Source: Deltaproteobacteria bacterium
Lineage (GTDB): Bacteria > Desulfobacterota > Desulfuromonadia > Desulfuromonadales > BM103
DNA length: 64,000 nucleotides
Direction: 5' to 3'
NCBI GenBank assembly: GCA_024636155.1
Contig: JAGXHM010000125.1
Coordinates: 180-64,179, forward strand
Part shown: positions 59,583 to 64,000 of the stretch, in pieces
How the letters are laid out: the number at the start of each line of letters is the position of its first letter
How positions within the stretch are numbered: the stretch's first letter is position 1
The notes under the pieces: model-generated
Databases searched by the model: none
Told to the model about the DNA's origin: nothing
Seen by the model: only the letters and a program-made list of their open reading frames with translations
Program-made: the position numbers and the translations under genes

Positions 59583-60552
59583 TGTGATTTACGAAACCAT
59601 CATTCTTGGCTCGGGGCCCGCTGGCCTGACGGCGGCAATTTATGCCGCACGCAGTCGCTGCTGCCCTTTATTAATTCATGGAATTCAACCGGGAGGACAG
59701 CTGACAGCCACCACGGCAGTCGACAACTATCCTGGTTTTCCGGAAGGGATCGATGGTCCTGAGTTGATGGACAAGATGCGTCTTCAGGCGGAACGATTCG
59801 GTGCACAGTTTGTTGAAGGGGTGGTCACGAAGGTCGATTTTCAGGAGCGCCCATTTCGCCTCTGGGTCGATGAGGAGCTTTATCGCTGCCTGTCACTGAT
59901 CATCACCACCGGAGCATCGCCCATGCTGCTCGGCCTGGGCAACGAAGAATCACTTTATGGCCGGGGGGTCTCCGTCTGCGCAACCTGCGACGGCTTCTTC
60001 TATCGCGACCGCGAAGTCGTCGTGGTCGGTGGCGGCGACACAGCTATGGAGGAAGCGGTCTTTCTCACCCGCTTTGCGAAAAAGGTAACCGTCGTCCATC
60101 GTCGTGATTCTCTGCGGGCAACTCCGATTCTGGCAGACCGGGCGCTGACCAACAAAGCAATCAACTTCAAATGGGATTCCGCAGTCACAGAAATCATCGC
60201 CGACACAAGTGGCGTGACCGGAATACGCATCAAGAACCTCAAAACCGGGCAGGAGTCCGAATTGACCTGCGATGGCGTCTTTATCGCTATCGGCCATAAG
60301 CCAAACACAGCACTTTTTGCTGACCTGCTGGACAGGGATGATGACGGCTACATTTTGACCCAAAACGGCACTGAAACCAATATTCCCGGGGTATTTGCAG
60401 CCGGCGACGTTCAAGACCATCAGTTTCGGCAAGCCATTACTGCGGCAGGAACCGGCTGTATGGCCGCGATTCAAGCCGAGCGTTTTCTTGATGACCTGCC
60501 TTACGATCCGAGTCTCTCCTGCCAAAAGGGGATCTGCAGATTGAAGAGTTAG
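59569..60552 (+). CDS. trxB: Thioredoxin-disulfide reductase
   Basis: GSGPAG, CATCDG, GGGDTA, FAAGDV. Confidence 0.96.
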   Translation: MSNSDVIYETIILGSGPAGLTAAIYAARSRCCPLLIHGIQPGGQLTATTAVDNYPGFPEGIDGPELMDKMRLQAERFGAQFVEGVVTKVDFQERPFRLWVDEELYRCLSLIITTGASPMLLGLGNEESLYGRGVSVCATCDGFFYRDREVVVVGGGDTAMEEAVFLTRFAKKVTVVHRRDSLRATPILADRALTNKAINFKWDSAVTEIIADTSGVTGIRIKNLKTGQESELTCDGVFIAIGHKPNTALFADLLDRDDDGYILTQNGTETNIPGVFAAGDVQDHQFRQAITAAGTGCMAAIQAERFLDDLPYDPSLSCQKGICRLKS

Positions 60553-60735
60553 GGGCAGTGACAAGGACGGGTGACATTCACGTGTAAGTGTCACCAATCC
60601 CGTTTCTAACAAGTATGTTTGTCAAGCTTGGCACTTGGCCTTCACATCCACATAGAAATGACTTATATTGTTCATGTTTCTTAATTGTGCAGGAGGGGAT
60701 GACACCATGTTTGATAAGGATACTTCAAGGGATCT

Positions 60736-60777
60736 AAAACCGTCTGTGTCGGTCTGAACCGATTAGGCGGTTTTTTT
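60736..60777 (+). terminator. Intrinsic terminator immediately upstream of hsdM
   Basis: AAAACCGTCT..TCGGT-CTGA-ACCGA..AGGCGG followed by T7. Confidence 0.7.
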
Positions 60778-60796
60778 ATGGAATTGTGAGAAACAA

Positions 60797-62506
60797 ATGA
60801 CCAATTTTCAGAATAAAGCCAATTTCATCTGGCAAGTCGCTGACGATATCCTCTTCGGTGCGTTTATGCATAACGAGTTTCGTGATGTGGTGCTGCCCTT
60901 TCTGGTACTGCGCCGTCTCGATTGCATCTATGAGGACGCCAAGCCGAACGTGCTGAAGATGCATACCGACTTCAAGGACAAGCTGCCCGATATCGAACCG
61001 GTACTGCTCAAAGCAACCGGCGGGCTCGGTTTTTACAATACCTCGCCCTACGATCTGAAGAAATTGTCGCAAGACAGCAAGAACATAGAACTTAATTTCA
61101 ATAACTACATCAACGGTTACAGCGTCAACGTGCGGGAGATCCTCGAGAACTTCCAACTCGACAAGGTGATTGCCAAGCTGGTGAAGAACGGCCTGCTTTA
61201 TCAACTGATCGATAAATTCACCGAGCTTGATCTGCATATTGACAAGGTCAGCAATCTGGAGATGGGTTACATCTACGAGGAGTTGCTGCGCAAGTTCAAC
61301 GAGTTTATCGGTGAGACCGCCGGGCATCATTTTACCCCGCGCGAAGTCATCCGGTTGATGTGTAAACTCCTGTTTGCCGAGCATGCTTATGATCTGCAAG
61401 GTGAAGGGGTGATTCGCACCATCTACGACCCAGCCTGCGGTACTGGCGGTATGCTGACGGTGGCCAAGGATTACATTCGTCAAGAGATAAACGCCAACGT
61501 TGAACTTCGTATGTTCGGCCAGGAGCTGAATGAGCAGACCTACGCGGTAGCCAAGTCTGATTTTCTGATTTCAGGTGAAAACCCGGAGAACATCCGCGAC
61601 GAGTCGAGTTTCAGCAAGGACAAGTTCAAAGCTCATCGTTTCAAGTACATGCTCAGCAATCCACCTTTCGGCGTCAGCTGGAAGAAGGAACAGGCATTTA
61701 TCGAAAAAGAGGCTAACGATCCTCATGGTCGTTTTCATGCTGGCACGCCCCGCACCAGCGATGGCGCGATGCTTTTTTTGCAGCACATGATGTCTAAGAT
61801 GGAAACCAGCGGCAGCCGCATCGCCATTATCTTCAACGGTAGCCCGCTCTTTACCGGCGACGCTGGCGGTGGCGAGAGTAATATCCGCAAATGGATTATC
61901 GAAAACGACATGCTCGAAGCGGTTGTCGCTTTGCCGAAGGATATGTTCTACAACACCGGCATCGCCACTTATATCTGGGTGGTCACCAATCGCAAGTTAC
62001 AGAGACGCAAGGGTAAGGTGCAGCTGATCAACGCCGTTGATGTGGCCACCTCCATGCGCAAGAGCCTTGGTAACAAGCGTAACTTTATCTCTGATGAGCA
62101 GACCAAAGTGATCAGCGAGATTTATACCGCTTTTGTTGAGGATGAGCGTTGCAAGATCTTTGATAATGAAGCTTTCGGCTATACCAAGGTTACAGTCGAG
62201 CGGCCGTTGGTGGAAAAAGATAAAGTCAAGACAGACAAAGAGGGCAAGCCCAAACCGGACAGCAAATTACGCGACACCGAGAAGATTCCGCTCAAGGATG
62301 ATATCGACACCTATTTCCAGCGCGAAGTGTTGCCGCATGTGCCCGATGCCCGGATGGATCGCAGTAAGGACAAGATCGGTTACGAGATCAACTTCACCAA
62401 GTATTTCTACAAGTTCACGCCCTTGCGTTTGCTGGCAGATATCAAGGCGGATATCCTGGCACTTGAGGAGCAGACGGAAGGGTTGCTGAAGGAGATTCTG
62501 GACTGA
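60797..62506 (+). CDS. hsdM: Type I restriction-modification N6-adenine methyltransferase subunit M
   Basis: HsdM N-terminus (ANFIWQVAD, VLPFLVLRRLD), FTPREV, DPACGTGGML, NPPF, FYNTGIATY. Confidence 0.95.
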   Translation: MTNFQNKANFIWQVADDILFGAFMHNEFRDVVLPFLVLRRLDCIYEDAKPNVLKMHTDFKDKLPDIEPVLLKATGGLGFYNTSPYDLKKLSQDSKNIELNFNNYINGYSVNVREILENFQLDKVIAKLVKNGLLYQLIDKFTELDLHIDKVSNLEMGYIYEELLRKFNEFIGETAGHHFTPREVIRLMCKLLFAEHAYDLQGEGVIRTIYDPACGTGGMLTVAKDYIRQEINANVELRMFGQELNEQTYAVAKSDFLISGENPENIRDESSFSKDKFKAHRFKYMLSNPPFGVSWKKEQAFIEKEANDPHGRFHAGTPRTSDGAMLFLQHMMSKMETSGSRIAIIFNGSPLFTGDAGGGESNIRKWIIENDMLEAVVALPKDMFYNTGIATYIWVVTNRKLQRRKGKVQLINAVDVATSMRKSLGNKRNFISDEQTKVISEIYTAFVEDERCKIFDNEAFGYTKVTVERPLVEKDKVKTDKEGKPKPDSKLRDTEKIPLKDDIDTYFQREVLPHVPDARMDRSKDKIGYEINFTKYFYKFTPLRLLADIKADILALEEQTEGLLKEILD

Positions 62507-62599
62507 TGATCGGAAGAATTCATAACGTCAGCAACCTTCTTGTTGGTAGCTTCGCGAACCGGTATGAACTGGCACGAACTGTAGTGAACAAAAAAAATG

Positions 62600-62627
62600 T
62601 TGCATCCGCCGTGCGACAGACTATAAT
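62600..62627 (+). promoter_or_regulatory. Sigma70 promoter for repeats + abi gene
   Basis: TTGCAT-N16-TATAAT. Confidence 0.7.
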
Positions 62628-62633
62628 TGATCG

Positions 62634-62749
62634 CAACAACACCCCCGACGCATCCCATAAGAACTGCGCACCATTGGGGGTTACTTTTTGCCCAAAAAAC
62701 ACCTCCCACGCATCCCGTAAGAACTGCGCACCAGGGAGGTTACTTGTTT
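62634..62749. ncRNA. Two tandem structured repeats (abiF-RNA-like antitoxin candidate)
   Basis: Two ~48-nt units with a 60-bp period sharing ACGCATCCCRTAAGAACTGCGCACCA; compensatory change in the closing stem. Confidence 0.7.
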
Positions 62750-62764
62750 CCGGGGGTGCTGAAG

Positions 62765-63664
62765 ATGCAATTCACTAAGCCCCCGATGACTTATGATGAA
62801 CAAGCCGATCTGCTCATCTCTCGCGGCATGCACATTGATGACCGCACCCGCGCTCTGCATTACCTCTCTCATCTGAACTATTACCGACTAGCTGCTTATT
62901 GGTTGCCCTTCGAACAAGATCACGCAAGTCATCAGTTTCGTCCAGGAACAAATTTCGATCAAATTCTGGAGCACTACATTTTCGATCGTGAATTGCGACT
63001 GTTAATCCTGGATGCGATAGAACGCGTTGAGGTCTCTTTGCGAACTCAGTGGGCGTACCATCTGGCTCACACACACGGGACGCATGCGCATCTCGACCGC
63101 AGACTTTTCAAAACAAATTGGCGACATCGGGAAAACGTTGACTCTTTAAAAGAAACAGTGCGTCGTAGCTCCGAAACCTTTGTCCGCCATTTCAGACAAT
63201 ACGACGAAGACTTGCCGCCCGTTTGGGTCGTCAGCGAAATCATGACCTTCGGCCAACTTTCCAAATGGTTTGCGAATCTGAAAAGTGGTGCTGATCGCAA
63301 TGCGGTTGCGCATAGATTTGATATCGACGAAGTGAATCTGACTTCATTTCTGCATCAGTTGAGTATTGTGCGTAACCACTGTGCCCACCACTCCAGGCTC
63401 TGGAATCGAGAGTTTACTTTTGCCTGGCGATTGCCGAATCACCGGCCCGCATCGCTTGTACCAAACGTCAACCGTACCGACGGCAAGCGTATTTACAACA
63501 CCTTGGTCATGCTCGCTTACATGATGGATATCATCAATCCCGGCCACCACTGGAAAGTGCGCCTCGGTGAACTCTTTGCCCGGCATCCGCAGGTGCCTGA
63601 GCGTTCAATGGGGTTTCCTGCGGAGTGGCGTAAGCTGCCGATCTGGGCAGGGAGGATGGTATGA
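62765..63664 (+). CDS. Abi-family (Abi_2/AbiF-like) HEPN ribonuclease
   Basis: KPPMTYDEQ..LL..RGM, NYYRL..Y, FDRELR..I..IE..EV..R, PVW...E.MTFGQLS, HEPN RNHCAH followed by HSRLWN. Confidence 0.92.
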   Translation: MQFTKPPMTYDEQADLLISRGMHIDDRTRALHYLSHLNYYRLAAYWLPFEQDHASHQFRPGTNFDQILEHYIFDRELRLLILDAIERVEVSLRTQWAYHLAHTHGTHAHLDRRLFKTNWRHRENVDSLKETVRRSSETFVRHFRQYDEDLPPVWVVSEIMTFGQLSKWFANLKSGADRNAVAHRFDIDEVNLTSFLHQLSIVRNHCAHHSRLWNREFTFAWRLPNHRPASLVPNVNRTDGKRIYNTLVMLAYMMDIINPGHHWKVRLGELFARHPQVPERSMGFPAEWRKLPIWAGRMV

Positions 63665-63668
63665 TTTC

Positions 63669-63689
63669 GGTGGGCGGTGCCCACCCTAC
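63669..63689 (-). repeat. GTAG-type REP palindrome
   Basis: Minus strand GTAG-GGTGGGC-ACC-GCCCACC. Confidence 0.75.
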
Positions 63690-63716
63690 ATGCTTGTTGT
63701 GGTTGATTTAAAACTG

Positions 63717-63812
63717 ACCCCCCTTTAGTTCCCCCCTACTCCATAAGGGGGATAACAAGCAATAATTTCCCTATGCAATAGAGGGGAAGAGAGCCTTGCG
63801 AGCAGGGGGGTT
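63717..63812. repeat. C-rich/G-rich palindromic element upstream of DUF559
   Basis: ACCCCCC...TCCCCCCT-ACTCCATA-AGGGGGA...TTCCC..GGGAA...GGGGGGT nested stems. Confidence 0.45.
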
Positions 63813-63833
63813 GTACTACCAAGGGGGGAAACA

Positions 63834-64000
63834 ATGAAAACTTACACTCGCAAGCTGATACCTCGCGCCCGTGAAATGCGCACGAATATGACGGAGCCGG
63901 AAAAGCGCATGTGGTATCAATGTATGAAAAAGGTGCCGCAACGTTTTCGCCGCCAGCGACCGTTTGGGCCATATATTGTCGATTTCTACTGTGCTGAGTT
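63834..64000 (+). CDS. DUF559 / Vsr-like endonuclease (partial, runs off the window)
   Basis: MKTYTRKLIPRAREMRTNMTEPEKRMW...FRRQRPFGPYIVDFYC. Confidence 0.88.
   Translation, partial: MKTYTRKLIPRAREMRTNMTEPEKRMWYQCMKKVPQRFRRQRPFGPYIVDFYCAE

Noticed and set aside
62634-62749. CRISPR array
   Set aside because: Only two units, a ~12-nt linker instead of a spacer, and no cas genes; treated as an abi-associated RNA repeat instead.
62506-62778. 90-aa ORF after hsdM and the 46-aa N-terminal extension of the Abi ORF
   Set aside because: Both read through the promoter and repeats; Abi homology begins at ATG 62765.

Overview
A gene-dense bacterial chromosome segment. Gene content and order (gatCAB-mtnA-glnE, DUF3373 porin with multiheme cytochrome, DUF748, PilZ proteins) suggest a Desulfuromonadales-like deltaproteobacterium; this assignment is an inference. 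Most of the window is housekeeping or ordinary accessory DNA: a PAS-GGDEF-EAL protein, a cytochrome c/porin/octaheme (Otr-like) cluster, gatCAB, mtnA, glnE, ttcA, a TetR-RND efflux operon, a CLC transporter, glycogen genes, trkAH, rluD-pgeF, lipA and trxB. The last ~3.4 kb is the start of a defence island: type I hsdM, an Abi_2/AbiF-like HEPN gene and a DUF559 nuclease. The strongest unexplained signal is a pair of tandem structured repeats with a 60-bp period and a compensatory base change, lying between a near-consensus promoter and the AbiF-like gene; this is a candidate RNA-antitoxin mini-array. Other signals missed by the ORF track are two tandem paralogous 48-aa membrane peptides with their own promoter, a possible leader-peptide attenuator before hsdM, a leaderless 39-aa ORF, a rubredoxin, a doubly deleted DUF748 pseudogene, a coding 9-bp VNTR and several palindromic intergenic repeats. 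All calls come from reading motifs by eye; no database searches were run.
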